The position numbers and the translations under genes are program-made. This document shows, one piece after another, positions 32,650 through 47,674 of a DNA stretch of 64,000 nucleotides. Source of the DNA: Corallochytrium limacisporum Hawaii (lineage: Eukaryota; Protista; Pluriformea); the NCBI GenBank assembly GCA_002811645.1, contig PDIP01000039.1:47061-111060 (forward strand), given 5' to 3'. Numbering within the stretch: the first letter of the stretch is position 1; each line of letters opens with the position of its first letter. The notes beneath the pieces are model-generated. The model had not been told where the DNA came from. It saw only the letters and a list, made by a program, of their open reading frames with translations, and did no database searches.

Positions 32650-34386
32650 TTACAGAAAGATTTCCTCGTAGTGCATGATGAGGAATTCACATAAATTATT
32701 CTGATTAACCATGGCCATCACACTGGGTGCAGCGTCACGGTCGCCAGCAGGTCGAGTTAAATTCGGTCCAAATATGACGGACAGATTCTTGGGGTCCATC
32801 TTGTTCTCTTCGTGGAATGAGGCGACCTTGTCCAAATGGCCGATGACAGCCTGAAGGGTATCAATGTGACACTGAGGCATCTTAAAAATTTCTTCCCGGA
32901 TCATCCGCAGCTTGTCTTCGTCTGTCTTGGCTTCTACACCCTCAATCATTGCCGAATAGTGATATGATGGAATCAATGGTTCCTCAAGGTTGCGCAACAG
33001 TGTCTTCAGGCAACCACACACTACATTCATGTCTGTCTCAGTCTCCGAAAAAGTGATTTTCTTACCAGCAGCCACACTTGCCATGATGTCCTGCACCATT
33101 GCGGCTGATCCCGATCGTCTGTAGACACCAACACTAGTCAGTCCATGCAATTCGACCCACTTAATGCACTGATTCAAGAAAGGTGGGATCTGCCAGCCAG
33201 CTGGCGTATCCTGGGGAATCAATGACTCTAGAGACACTAGTTCTTGATGCTTTGAGGGATCCACAATTTTGCTAACCTCCGCCTGCGTCGGTCGTTTCTC
33301 GATAAATTCATTCAAGCTCGCCTTGACTTTCTTCTTGTTCTCACTCTCGACAGTCTGCCGTCCGACGGATGCGGCGCGGAAACGGCCACGAATTCCTGGG
33401 TTGGGAGCGAGCATGAACATGGGCAAAGGGGTGGACAATGATCGTACCCGACCGTTCATGGCTGTGGTCCATTCATCAAGCCCTTCCCCATCTTTGCTCT
33501 TGCTGGTCTTTGCTGCCAGTGCCAACATGGGTCCCTTATTCTCTGAGTGTGCGACGAAGACAAATGCGTCGTGCTTCTGGTCTATCTGCCCCCTTTCCAC
33601 ATCAAAATCATTCAGGTTCAACGAAATGACAGGGCGTGCCATTTGGCTCGCCTTTACTTTCTCCCAACTGCCCTCTTGGATGAGTGCAAGTTGTTTACTA
33701 ATCTTGTCATCCTTGTACAGTTCCATCATGTTGTCCCGCAGAATGGCATAGGTATCTCGCCACCCCGGGACCTTTCCAGTAGATGTTGACTTCGACAAGA
33801 GACGGTATTTCATCCATCCTTCCCTAATACCACTCGTCACACTGAGCTTTTCGCTGCTTATTGACGCATGCAAGAGCGGCTCATCCAGGTGCAGATTTTC
33901 TTGGGAGTCTGCCGGCTGAGTATTTTCAAGGTCCAGCGTTGAAAACGCCTCGACAATACCACCGGTTCGAGGTGACCCCTTGGTCGCCCGTGTGGCGAGA
34001 CTCTCAATAACTCCATCAGCCGAAGACAGAAGACGAGAACTCATTTGAACGAAATGATTTGCCTTTACATAACCCTGTTTCCCTGAGCTGGTTTCCACCT
34101 CATACCAGTCGTCGCTTGCGCGCTCAATCACCAAGACCTGTTCTCCTTTTTCGACACCAACATGATGCGCTTCCTTTGACTTGAATGTCTCCACACACAA
34201 CAGGGTCTCTCCTGGCTGCACCGGTGCTGTCTCCCGCAGTGCATCGGTTCCGAGACTCGGGATGGGAATCGGCTGTCCCCGGCTCTGCCGCCGGCTGTTC
34301 CTCGGAGAGGTTTTCATTGCCATTTTGGATCTCTGTTCACTGTAACATGCTGTGTTCAAGTCACCAGGTTTCAATCTTTCTTTCAT
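32650..34386 (-). CDS. SH3-PH-RhoGAP (ARHGAP9/12/15/27-like)
   Basis: SH3 (ASDDWYEV...GYVKANHF), PH (REGWMK...WRDTYAIL...W), F-x-x-KRPT linker, GAP (GVYRRSGS, LKTLLRNLEEPL, ENKMDPKNLSVIFGPNL); first ATG at 34386. Confidence 0.88.
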   Translation of the reverse strand: MKERLKPGDLNTACYSEQRSKMAMKTSPRNSRRQSRGQPIPIPSLGTDALRETAPVQPGETLLCVETFKSKEAHHVGVEKGEQVLVIERASDDWYEVETSSGKQGYVKANHFVQMSSRLLSSADGVIESLATRATKGSPRTGGIVEAFSTLDLENTQPADSQENLHLDEPLLHASISSEKLSVTSGIREGWMKYRLLSKSTSTGKVPGWRDTYAILRDNMMELYKDDKISKQLALIQEGSWEKVKASQMARPVISLNLNDFDVERGQIDQKHDAFVFVAHSENKGPMLALAAKTSKSKDGEGLDEWTTAMNGRVRSLSTPLPMFMLAPNPGIRGRFRAASVGRQTVESENKKKVKASLNEFIEKRPTQAEVSKIVDPSKHQELVSLESLIPQDTPAGWQIPPFLNQCIKWVELHGLTSVGVYRRSGSAAMVQDIMASVAAGKKITFSETETDMNVVCGCLKTLLRNLEEPLIPSYHYSAMIEGVEAKTDEDKLRMIREEIFKMPQCHIDTLQAVIGHLDKVASFHEENKMDPKNLSVIFGPNLTRPAGDRDAAPSVMAMVNQNNLCEFLIMHYEEIFL

Positions 34387-37173
34387 GGAGTGCAAATAAT
34401 TCTGCAGACTACTTGTTCCGTTTGTGGTCGTGTTACTGAAATGAATAGATGTTTACTATGAAGGTTGTGCTACCCTCAGCAGGTCAGGGGGTTCGGAAAT
34501 ACCACGGCCACCACTGTGAATGGATTAAAGCCTAGAGGTGTTACGTGGTGCCAGGCTCTTCAACGCGTCATCGTTGTTGACAAAATTACCGGTGACCGGG
34601 CCGTGCTCATAAAGTTCTCCTATTTTTAACACATCATGCTAAAGAGGCCCGCTAGACGTCAGAAACAAGCAAAAACACATAAGGCGCACACACAACACTA
34701 AGAACTCAAGTGCCAGTACGTCTCCGGCCTCTTGCGGGGTGACCCGGTGTTGCTGATGTTACCCGCCGAGGGCATGGGCTGCAGTACTGAAGCTACGAGC
34801 CCGTCCGACCCTTCCTTTGTACACCCACAAAGCACCGGATTTTTTCGCAACTCACTCCCTCTTCCCTTGCCCTTTCTTGAACTCCCGCTTTCTTCTTCGT
34901 TTTATTACCCATTCTCGCACTCCGCTCAGTACTCGGGATCACCGGTGGATATTTCTCGCGGCTGTGTCTTTCTCGATAGTGAAACCTCTGCGTTTCCTGC
35001 GAATGGCAAGAGCTTATCCCGGAAAAGAAAGTTCTTGTTCTGATGTCTTTGTGTGGGGTACTTTTTTTTTTCTTTAACTCTTTTTTTTCCGCTACCGCGT
35101 TCCAGCTATCCTTAAATTGAATAGTGAGAGTACTAAGTTGCTGGCGTATCTCTGATGGATCTCAGGAGTCTCGAACGAGGTTGGCTCAGTCGAATAGCTG
35201 TGAACATGGACACTTTCGAATTAGTCAGGTATATGTCATTGCACTTGTAAAATTTTCGAGATGAAGAGTATAGTGAAGGGGGCAGGGACCGGAGAGACGA
35301 CCTGTGAGTAGGGGAATTCCCTCTTCCGTGCCACACCTGGGACCAGTAAGAGACTCCCGATTGACCGATCCCTTTGTATAGTGAATGTATGGAGTGGGTG
35401 TGTTCCATGCCCGCGTTCGGAACATTCTACTGTCGACATTGGAAGTCGGGTTTCCGGTGCTCGTTGGAAACGAAGAGACCAAAGTGAATACTCAATATAT
35501 GATAAGACCGTGGTCAATTTGCCCACAGCTCAATCGATTGTTGCAATGTCCGGCAAATAGGTGGTCCATCAAAATCAGCAGTAGCGACAAATTTGGACAG
35601 ATTTTTTTAAAGCGGAATCATTCGTTTTTGTATTGTCATTGGTCAGTTGAAATAGGTACATTCAGTATATAAAAGTACCAAGTGCAAAAAGGGGACACCA
35701 ACGAAAGAAAAGGAAAAGTGAAACGAAGAAAAGAGAAAGAAATTTTCTTCTCCTCTCTCCTCCCTGCTGCCTGCCACGTCTGATAGGTACTGGACATATC
35801 ACTTGCTTTCAAGCAGTTCTGCACCTTGCGCCATAGAACTCGGGCGACCAATCGTTTGACCCCTGCGCTAGGCGAGAAGCTGTGGTGGGTTCATTCACCA
35901 CAGAAGTTGGCCCTTCTCCGTTGGTTGGGACCATAACCCGACGAGAAAGTAACATCACACAAGATGGTACATTGGTTGTGCACATTCGGCGAGGCTACGA
36001 CTCACCGCGCTCTGTGTCTCCGGCAGCGAGGGAGTTTTTCCCCGCTGTTGGGGTAAGAGATTGAATACTCAATATATGGGTATTTGACGAAAGAGGGGGG
36101 GGGGAAATTAAAGTCTACAACGTACCGCTCTGAATTTTGCGGTACGTCCTCTGCTGATTTGGTTCAGTGCTGAAGAGGGGAAGCAATGGTGGCGGTTTTC
36201 TTCTCCACCTTTCGGCTGCAACCGGTACGCACTACCGTACGCAAAATGCCGTGGATTCAGTACCAAATCCAGAGATTGATTTTTCAGGAGACCATTTCAC
36301 GAATCTGCAACTACGTCATTTCTTTGAAATCAATTCAACAGCAGAGAAAGGACCAGAAGGTACGGATATCTCCCAAAAAAAGAGAGAGACACACACAGGA
36401 AGTAAAAAAGAAAAGGTGAAATTGTATGAAGAAGGAGGTATAGGACCTGTTTAGGAAATCACTCGATGCGGTAGAAGCGGCAAAGGAAAAGAACGACGAA
36501 AGCAAAAGGGGGAGAGGGGGATTTTGGGCAACCGCGTATACAGTGCGTGGTAGTGGGTCCCGGGAGGATGGATTTGTTACAGTGACTTCACTACTCCTGC
36601 TGAAATGAGAACCCCAGGACCCGATTATAGCAGCTGGAACCGCTGCCGCGGTGGTTTTGAGTTTGGCTGCTCCTGAAAATCATTTTAGTCAACCAAAAAA
36701 AATGAGTCCGCTGGCCGTCTCCTCGGATATCTACGGAAAGCGGTTCACCGAAGAGACTTCTTCCGCTACTCTGAGTATGGAAAGTCCGGCACAGAGCAGT
36801 AGCCGTTTGTTTTTTATTCCAGTGAGCACACGTTAAGTTTTGGCGCAAGTGTGGCGCGCAGCTCGCCGACAACTTTTCCGGCATCGTCGCTACCTTCCTG
36901 CTCTCTGCAGTACATAAAGACAGAGAAGAACAAGGGGCCGAACAGTGATGAGGTCACGCACTGCCAGAAACAGAAAGCCGACCATTTTTGGAGTTGGGTT
37001 CCACACACCCCCACACGCACACGAGAGCACACCATATACGCCCACCGCCCTACCGGAATAACACGAAGCCGAAGAGTATTTTTTTCCGACCGTACGTTTC
37101 AGTACACAGAGACCACGGTGATCCGCCGACACCAGACGGCAACAACAGAGGTTCAGTAAGAGGAAGGGGGGGG

Positions 37174-37235
37174 NNNNNNNNNNNNNNNNNNNNNNNNNNN
37201 NNNNNNNNNNNNNNNNNNNNNNNNNNNNNNNNNNN
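37174..37235. other. Assembly gap (N run)
   Basis: Run of n flanked on both sides by G-tracts. Confidence 0.99.
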
Positions 37236-38886
37236 AAGGGGGTGGGGGGTGTGGGAGGGAATGCGGAGAGGAGTTGGGGGGGGGAGCGGTTCAGATCTCT
37301 CCACGTCCGCCACACATGGATGCAGCAAGATGTCTCGAAAAGGCTATTGCAACAAGCAGTGTGATCGATCCGTGTGCGGATAATCAATGGGATTCTCATT
37401 TTCCCAAGCTCGGTGATCCTAGTCTACCGTTGTAAAAGCACTGATATTTTGACACGAGTCTTGTGCCCTCGCGAGAGCGCGGACACTTATATAATCCACA
37501 CGCTCACGAAAGCAGACGGGACACTGCCAGCGGAGGGGGCCCGGGGAGGGGGGGGGCCAATCGGTGGAACGAGGAACCTGTAGCGAGCCAGATATCAACC
37601 AGAGGCCGAAGGAACAGAACGGCAGAAGAGTTACAGACGTTGGCTAAAGTGGGTTGCTTCAGCAGCGCATGACTTGTATCGGCAAAGACTAAAATAAATA
37701 ATCGAACCTCAAGAACTGGAGAAGCTGGTCAGGCACAACAATGCAGAGCGGTTCTGGCTGGTTTGCACTCTGTTCGGGTCCTAATTTTTGTAGTGCAAAT
37801 GAGGTGACCCCGTGCACTAAAACCGCGCAATTGGAACTTACTGGTTACCCCCTCCCCGCTCCCCCCAGCGGGTTCCCCGAGAAGGGAAGGTGCTAGCCAT
37901 AACCGGCTCCCATTCCAAATCTCTTTGGAAAATAAAGGGACGGCACCTTGGAAAAAGCCATGAAATCATCTCTCCCTTTCGCTGTATCGCTTTACCTGCT
38001 CTGGGATCGCCTCACCTCGGGGAGTCTCGGACCGTGTCCGCTCCTCTCTCCGTCTGTGTTTCTCCGCGCACTATATATTTAGTATGGCAGTGAACGGCTC
38101 CGCTTAGCCGTGCACGAGTTGCGGATGCGAGCACCCCAATGTCGAAACTTGTAGCCATTGCCGACCTGGCGCATTCAAATCAGGCAAGACTCCCTACCGT
38201 TCTCTCGCTTTTGATATACTTATTAGAGAATCCACCAAAACTCGGGGCACCCTAGGCAAAAACCCGCCCTCGGGTCACCCCACCACCCCCCCCCGGGGGC
38301 GCCCCCCGGGCGACAGCGGGTCCAGACAGCGGAATCAAGCTTTTCGCCTACCCCCGACTCCTCTTCCGGCTTCCCTCGCTACTGCGCTCATACTAAACAG
38401 CTGTCAAGTTTTTATGACCTGACGACGTTGTGGTTTGAAACATCTCCTGTGCCAAGCGCCTCTCGCTGTGTATATCTATTTCTGGTTGGCACTCCACTGC
38501 CAGGAAATTGGAGATTTCGCGCCTGGTACAATTACTATGGAAAATAAAGGGACCAAGGGCTGCCCTCCCCCCCGCTTATTTCCGTTCGGGCCGCGGCCGT
38601 TGGTGAGCACTATGGCAGCGGCTCGGTGGCCAACCCCCGCTGTGGTATACCCAAGAAACCGAAGCCAGGGTGCTGTGCAAACCACCTAAGCACGCAAGCG
38701 ATGCCGGCTGCTAGGAGAGGAGACGAACAGGGTTGCACACCGTAGGTGCTTAAGGCACCGAACTCGGAAATAAGCAGAATCTACGCCTGCGCAGTGCTTA
38801 TATCTGACGGGTATGTGCTTATGACCATATGGCGGTCTGGTAACACTTGTCGTTGTTTTGTGATAACCCCACGGTGAGGAAGCGCA

Positions 38887-40353
38887 ATGAGGAGCCTTTC
38901 AGATGTTCATGGCTTGTTTGGGTCCTCCAAAGTGCTCGGAATTGATCTTTCTGCTTTGGAATCGGAGCCAAGCACCTATGAACGGGACCGGGAGACCGTA
39001 TTGAAGATATTTTCAAGGTTACCACAGGGGCAAGCCTTTCAATTGGTGAAGGACGTGGTCCAGAATGCTAGACCTTCACTGGTGCAGGAAATTGCGGATT
39101 CCATGCAACCTCTGGTACGCCGTGACTTTCTTTCATTGCTGCCAGAGGAGATCGCTTTTCGCATCCTCCTAGAAATGGATTTTCACAGCCTTTTGACCGC
39201 TGCCTCGGTTTCAAGAAATTGGAATCGCTTGGCCACTGACGATCGGCTTTGGCGTCGCAAGTGGGATTCCGTTGGCTGGCGGTTATCTCGCGGCGAAAAG
39301 CATCTCCGCCGCAAGGGGCTACTTTCGTGGCGCACAGCCTATGTGTCTCGTCTGAAACTTGAGCGGAATTGGGCCAATGGAGAGTACGTGGCCCAATCAT
39401 TGGTGGGTCACACTGATGGTGTGAGCTGCATGAAGTATGCTGACAAGACTCTGGTGACTGGTGGACATGATAAAGTTCTCAAGGTCTGGGACCTTGGAAC
39501 CGGATTGTGCATTCGTACTCTAGAGGGCCACGACCACTACATCACATCTGTGCAATTGACACCGCGCTCACAGTTTGGACCTGACGACCAAGGCGCGGTA
39601 GCGTATTCGTCTTCATGGGACGGAACGATCATCGCATGGTCTCTTGGTACAGGTGAACAGATTGCGCGAACAAGACCGAGTGATATGAACATCCCCGTAC
39701 TAACGCTGAGTTTGAAAGGTCGGTGTCTTGTTGCAGGGCTGATGACGGGTTCCTTGGTTGTTTACGACACGGATGGTCTCCGGCAGACGCGGACCATCAG
39801 GGCCCACAATGTAGCAGTGAATTCCACAGACTTAGATGCCAACTGGCTCGTTGCCGGAGCAGCGGACGGTGAGATCGCTGTCATGACCGCACGGACTGGT
39901 GCCAATCATCGTCGTCTGTCGGGCCACAGGGCGGCTGTAACGAGCATTGTGCTACAATCAAAGTACGGTCGATGCCTGTCTGGATCCTGTGACCAGACCA
40001 TCCGCGTTTGGAATATCGAGACTGGCGAGGCTTTCATGGTCTTGAATGGTCACACAGCAGCGATCCATTCCATCTCTGTCGAACATGACCGACTCGTGTC
40101 TGCCTCGGGTAATGGTACTCTGATGATATGGGACCTGCATGGAGGCCAGAGGATGCACACTATTGATGAACATCGAGCGTATGTTAGTGGAGTTCAATGT
40201 GACTGCTACCATATTGTCTCCTGTTCAGGAGACCGGACTATCAAAGTGCTCCACTTTGCACCGGATGCCCCTTCGTGGGCCCCAGGAAGCCATCGCCCAC
40301 GCGCCCGTCGTGTTTCATCTCATTGCAGGATCAGCATCCAACCCATTGTGTGA
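38887..40353 (+). CDS. F-box/WD40 SCF substrate adaptor (Cdc4/Met30/beta-TrCP class)
   Basis: F-box DFLSLLPEEIAFRIL...VSRNW...LWR followed by about 7 WD repeats (GHTDGV...WD, GHDHYI, GHRAAV, GHTAAI). Confidence 0.9.
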   Translation: MRSLSDVHGLFGSSKVLGIDLSALESEPSTYERDRETVLKIFSRLPQGQAFQLVKDVVQNARPSLVQEIADSMQPLVRRDFLSLLPEEIAFRILLEMDFHSLLTAASVSRNWNRLATDDRLWRRKWDSVGWRLSRGEKHLRRKGLLSWRTAYVSRLKLERNWANGEYVAQSLVGHTDGVSCMKYADKTLVTGGHDKVLKVWDLGTGLCIRTLEGHDHYITSVQLTPRSQFGPDDQGAVAYSSSWDGTIIAWSLGTGEQIARTRPSDMNIPVLTLSLKGRCLVAGLMTGSLVVYDTDGLRQTRTIRAHNVAVNSTDLDANWLVAGAADGEIAVMTARTGANHRRLSGHRAAVTSIVLQSKYGRCLSGSCDQTIRVWNIETGEAFMVLNGHTAAIHSISVEHDRLVSASGNGTLMIWDLHGGQRMHTIDEHRAYVSGVQCDCYHIVSCSGDRTIKVLHFAPDAPSWAPGSHRPRARRVSSHCRISIQPIV

Positions 40354-40437
40354 TCATGTCTGTCTCAATACAAGACTTTCTCTATATTCTTTATTTAACG
40401 GTGGCGCATGGTTTCCTTTTTGAATAGTCTATGCATT

Positions 40438-41316
40438 CTAGTTGAAGGTCTGGCGGAAATAGTCATGCTCAAGAGCCTTCTCTGCACTAATACGCCAGCT
40501 TGGAGGGTACTGTAACATCTGCGCTAGCAGATCTTGGCCAAGAGGATCCAGGTTCGGGACAATCTCTTGCCACGGTAGCGTAGGGTATTTGGGTAGGTCC
40601 GGGGTATACTCTTGCAAATCGCTAACACCCCTCCACGTGTCTTCTGTGGGCGTTCCTAGAATCTTGAATATTTTGTTCAATTGGTCCTGCACCGAGGAGC
40701 CAGGGAACATGGGGCGACCGTTATTAGCCATTTCGGCAAAAATACACCCGGCCGACCACATATCAATTGAAGTTCCGTAGCGCTGAGATCCCATTAAAAC
40801 GTCTGGTGCCCGATACCACAAGGTGACAACTTCATACGAGTAACCACGAACAGGAATACCAAATGCCCGTGCAAGACCAAAATCAGCAAGCTTCAGCTCT
40901 CCCCGTTTGTTAATAAGAAGATTCTGTGGCTTCAAATCTCTGTGCAGGATGTGGAATCGGTGGCAGTAGTCAATACCCCGCAGCAGCTGCATAAGGAACG
41001 AACATATCGTTGCTGCGGGCATTACTCCTGCGGGACAGCTATCCATCCACTTCTTCAGATCCTGCTCACAGTACTCAAAAACGAGAGTCAACTTTTTATC
41101 TGTATGAAGCACATCGTAAAGCATGACAATATTCGGGTGCTTGAGTTCCTTCAAAAGGGAAATTTCGCGGATGGCTGTGCAAGGCACACCTTCATCTTCA
41201 CTGTCCAATCGAATTCGTTTCAATGCAACAATTTCTCCTGTGTCCGAATTCTGTGCCTTATAGACAATACCGTAGGTGCCCTCACCTAGTTTGTCGATCT
41301 TTTGATATTTATCCAT
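40438..41316 (-). CDS. CDK5: Cyclin-dependent kinase, CDK5-like (PCTAIRE helix)
   Basis: [60 protein letters not shown]; 292 aa with no N-terminal extension. Confidence 0.88.
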   Translation of the reverse strand: MDKYQKIDKLGEGTYGIVYKAQNSDTGEIVALKRIRLDSEDEGVPCTAIREISLLKELKHPNIVMLYDVLHTDKKLTLVFEYCEQDLKKWMDSCPAGVMPAATICSFLMQLLRGIDYCHRFHILHRDLKPQNLLINKRGELKLADFGLARAFGIPVRGYSYEVVTLWYRAPDVLMGSQRYGTSIDMWSAGCIFAEMANNGRPMFPGSSVQDQLNKIFKILGTPTEDTWRGVSDLQEYTPDLPKYPTLPWQEIVPNLDPLGQDLLAQMLQYPPSWRISAEKALEHDYFRQTFN

Positions 41317-42868
41317 GGTTTTTGATCTCTATGCTGGATGGTGCTGCTATGGTACACCACTGAAGAACTAATTGCTTCTGCTTGGTTAATTGAGTTTACA
41401 CAGAAACTGACACACCATGAGCTTTTGTCTATCTTAAGCTGGCAAAGTTTTATAGCTCGGACTCGGCGAACCCAGGCGGAGACGAAGCACTGACCTCTGG
41501 TCCTACTCATTCGGTCGAAGCACCTCCCATCCCTTACTGCGGGTTAGGTTGGTAGTAAATCCCCGAGCAGGTCAGAATTTTATCACAGTCCGCGTCGCCT
41601 GGTTCATTAACTGGTCCGGCGTTCCGAAAAATTGGGATGGCGGCAGTGGCTAGTGCATGGAACAACAGCGGCGGAGTATGGTATCTCGCCTCACCATCTT
41701 TCCTGCCTCAAACTCCCCATACAATGACTACTGGAAGGACACAAGGTGGTCATATTCCTACAAATACGAAACGAATCAAAATTCGTAAAATCCACCCCAC
41801 CGATGTCCGGTACATTTTCTATGGGTTCTGTACGTTCCGGGTACTTCAGTACCGGGTATGACCCCCGCATGGCTAAGAGTTGTGCAGAGCGCCCTGAGTC
41901 CCCCGACCAGAGACCGTGTCTCGAGACTCTATGCCAAGCGCACAACCACCGTCAGCCCGTCTCCTGCTGTTGAGAGCAATGCCCGTTTCCCAGATTTCAA
42001 TACATTCACCATGAGCAAATAGTTCATTCCCATGGTTCACCGCTCGAATGCACGCAAAACAAAAACAAGAAAAAAAATTGGACCGTGGTGTGGCCCAGAC
42101 CGAGACCTTGCAGTACAGGGCTGTCCAGTACTCAATTAATGGTAGGTCTGAAATAAACAAAAAAAAAACAGAGCTGGGGAGGGGAACTCCTCGACCGGCT
42201 TTTCGCCCAGAGACAGGGATACTAGTTGGTGACCCACCTCCTATACAACAACATGGCAGGCACACGGGGGTGTGCTGTGGCCATCCGCAGCGAGTTTGCA
42301 AAGGAATCACACGTGTGTTCAGTATTAGATACATAGGAAACACTCCGTGCGCTGCCACCGTGAAGGGAAGAACAGCCAATTACCCAGACGATGGTTTCTC
42401 TCCCTTTTTCTTTTTTTTTTTTTTGTTTTTCTGCGTTTTCGGTACTAAAACTACCGCTGGGGGGAGGACGGCCTTGCGTTGGTAAAGGGGGTGTGGGGTT
42501 GTTTTGGTGCTTCCTGGACTTGACGGGGAGAACCCCCCCTCTTTGGGGCACCATGCACCGTGTGCTTCGCAGCACACACCATTGGCCTCACGAGTGGCTA
42601 CAGCTGGTGTTATGTTTTTTTTTGGGTTCAGTATGGCATTTCGACCACAAGGCCGAAGTTTTTGTGAACGAAGCGCGCCATTAGAACTACTTGCTGCCTG
42701 GTAAATACAACAGCGTTCCCGTATCAGGGCCACTAATGCATACGTCATAAAAAGTGTTCGATGATCACAAAACACATGGCTACTATAAAAACAAACAAAC
42801 AAAATATACTCTTGTTTGGGAACAGCATCCAAGTCTTCGGTTCAGAATAATTTCAGACAGACTTAAAT

Positions 42869-44618
<1,750 letters not shown>

Positions 44619-45651
44619 GTGCCATGAACGGCTTGATGAAGAATGGTAGTTCCCCTCATCTTTAGATAGAATAAGCCACCAATAAGGTAACATCCTCTAG
44701 TCAAACCACACCGAGATGTTGCGTTTGATGGCAGCACACAGCACTGTTAACTGATGGCATCCACATTTCACAATGCAACATTTCAAAACTTCCAAAATAC
44801 AATTGCTTACTAAGAGTCAACATAGTAACTACCACAGGCAAGTGAGTGAACGGCCATTGCCGTTCCGTACCCCCATTAATCAGATACGATGGGATCCAAG
44901 GTACTCAGTCGTCGAACAACTGCCCGTGACTGTTCACTGCGCAACTACTGAGCATTACGCCTACGTGTCGATACCAAACAACTGATTTCGACCAGGTCCT
45001 TGCCTCCCGCATTTTCCCAATGCCCCCCCGCCTGCTTCCGGTTTCCCTTCCGGGATCTCGGCCGGGGATCGATTGGGATACGGGAAAGAAAAAGCAGTTG
45101 GTTGGTACTGCCCCTCGCGGGCCAGTATAATGCGTTGCCTACTGTGAGAGCAGCGGCCAGAAAGACACGTGATTTTTTGGTAGTTTGGTGCTGCATCGCA
45201 GACTGTCGAGCTGGGAGATGCATCTCTTATTTGACAAATTGATGGGAAGTGTGTTTCTTCGGCATGCATTTGTCATTAATTTAGTATTGATACTGCTCAG
45301 TTCTTGTGACAATCCAAATGTCCAACCGCACTTTGGTGGATGCTGGAGGTCGTGTCCACCGTTCGCTCAGAGATTCTTGGATTTCAACATAAGCAATTTC
45401 GCGTATTTAGCACATAGACCTATAACACTTCGCAACTCTACATATATTTAGTATCAATTATACGATCTCAGATAAGGAAATTCCCCGTACTACCCAAGGA
45501 TGCTCTCGAGACACCGGTGCCGCTCGCTGCCAGACACGAAGCGCTTCCCCCTTCCCTCACCCCCCTCCCCAACCGCCCGAGCGGGTAAGGAAAGGGAGAA
45601 ACAGGAACCAAACCCCTTCCCCCTCCCTCTCCCCCCCCCCCCCCCCTCCCT

Positions 45652-45850
45652 NNNNNNNNNNNNNNNNNNNNNNNNNNNNNNNNNNNNNNNNNNNNNNNNN
45701 NNNNNNNNNNNNNNNNNNNNNNNNNNNNNNNNNNNNNNNNNNNNNNNNNNNNNNNNNNNNNNNNNNNNNNNNNNNNNNNNNNNNNNNNNNNNNNNNNNNN
45801 NNNNNNNNNNNNNNNNNNNNNNNNNNNNNNNNNNNNNNNNNNNNNNNNNN
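45652..45850. other. Assembly gap (N run)
   Basis: Run of n between two near-identical AACCAAACCCC-poly(C) flanks. Confidence 0.99.
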
Positions 45851-46948
45851 AACCAAACCCCCTCCCCCCCCCTCTTCCCCCCCCCCCCCCCTCCTTCCCA
45901 TTCCCTTACCTTTTCTGGGCCATGATGCAAAACACCAACGACGTCCCATCTGTCTCTCACCCTCCCCACTCTCACTGTGCCCCTCTCTCTCCGGGTAACT
46001 TTTTGATGCATTTTAATTTTCTTGTTGTGTTACTTTTCTTCTTTTTGGCCTGTGCTTTTGTGTCTTCCACACTGCTTGTGAACGGTGCGCGGTGTTTCTT
46101 CCGGCCGCAAAAAAAAAAAAATGGGGACCCGACCGAAGCGCGCCACCCGTCCGTCCTCCCTCCCTCCCGGCCCCTGGTCCTTTTCCTACCCTCGTCTCCC
46201 CCATTTTTTTTCCCCGTTTTTTTCTTCCTCCCCCCCTCCCCCCTTCCCTCTTTTCTTTTTGATCGGACAAGGGAAAAGGCTCGATCCAAGAGATGCATTG
46301 CCAAGGGCCGACAAAGCAACAAGAGAACCCCCCTCCCTTCCCCATTCTTCGGGTCCGTTCTGATTGGTGGCGGAGAACCGGCAACAGATAAATAGGTCGG
46401 TGAAAGCCATTGGATTGGGCGTTGAGTAGTTAATATACTTCTGTTTTTCCACGACTTTGTGTATATGTGCCTGTTTTATCGCATGTTTTCTGAGCGGGAA
46501 CGGGAGAGTGGAAAGCGGGTCCGAGGGGAGAGTACGTACGCAGGAGTGATGTGTTCGTGACATCGGGCTAAGACTCCTCAAATAGTCATCACTCTATAGA
46601 ACACATCCGTGATGGGTTTGTGTGGAGCGAAGACAAAGCGACGACGTAAGACCCGCAAGCTTGCTGTTTTGCATACCTTTGCACAACTTTGGGGGTCTTG
46701 GAGCGCAGGACTACTACAGTGGTTTCTGGGAATGTGGTATGGTTGCGCCGGGATCAGGTGACTTGCCCAGGACAAACCGATCTGGTATTTTCGCTGCAGC
46801 TAGTCAGCCTATTACCGTCTAATATTCAGTCTATTATTGTTTTACCGGCGACCAAGCGGAAAAGTAAAGAATAATGCGGGTTATGCAGTTTGGATTGCTT
46901 TTACTTTAACAGAAGAGACAGAGTCTATCTTAATATTCACGATAGACA

Positions 46949-47674
46949 ATGTCCGAAACCGTGACGCAGATTGCAGGAATATCTGTGGACGACATTCTTG
47001 CAAGTCGGGCTCGTCCTCGATACAGTCCGAAAAGGAGACAGAAAACTGTTTCAGATATGCGTTTAACTTATCCACAGAGTCTACGACTTCGGGCATTTTT
47101 GCTCTTTACGATCGGAGGGAGCCTGTGCTGGGCCATGCATCTGCTGCAATTGCAGCACGGCATTACAGAGTACCCTGAGATGGGTCTTTTATTGCCCTCA
47201 ACATGGTGGGTTTTGCCCGCCACAGGATTAGGTTGTGTGTTCATGGGTCTAGCATATCCTGTCCTTGACCAGTTGGTGGATGCCGAACCACCAATTCAAC
47301 GGGATTGGGGCACAGTGATGCGCAGCGTCGGGTTGTTTCTCTCGGTGGGTTATGCATCAGCAAAACTACCCCTGGTCGCGAACGTACAACTGGCGATTGC
47401 ACTGACAGTGTCGTCGTTGACCTCTTGGTATTTATTCGATCGCACCTTGCGGGGTCTTGTTTTCAACGTAATCGCCACCATTGTCGGTACTGTCTGGGTT
47501 CAGATTATGGTCGCACTAGGATACTTCACCTACACACAGCCTGACTTTTTCTGGGTCCGGTCATGGTTCCCTGCCATCTTGTTCGCAGGGGGGATCTGTT
47601 TTGGTACGCTAGGACGTCAGCTGGCTGAAGACTTGGGTCCTACTGTCACACAAAAGCCCGTCAAGAAGGATTAA
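46949..47674 (+). CDS. INSIG: Insulin-induced gene (INSIG) sterol-sensing ER membrane protein
   Basis: Six TM segments; WGTVMRSVGLF, YASAKL, WYLFDRT, YTQPDFFWVRSWFPAILFAGG..GTLGRQLA. Confidence 0.92.
   Translation: MSETVTQIAGISVDDILASRARPRYSPKRRQKTVSDMRLTYPQSLRLRAFLLFTIGGSLCWAMHLLQLQHGITEYPEMGLLLPSTWWVLPATGLGCVFMGLAYPVLDQLVDAEPPIQRDWGTVMRSVGLFLSVGYASAKLPLVANVQLAIALTVSSLTSWYLFDRTLRGLVFNVIATIVGTVWVQIMVALGYFTYTQPDFFWVRSWFPAILFAGGICFGTLGRQLAEDLGPTVTQKPVKKD

Noticed and set aside
45600-45900. Apparent direct repeat flanking the N-gap
   Set aside because: Near-identical poly(C) flanks most likely reflect an unmerged low-quality overlap rather than a real repeat
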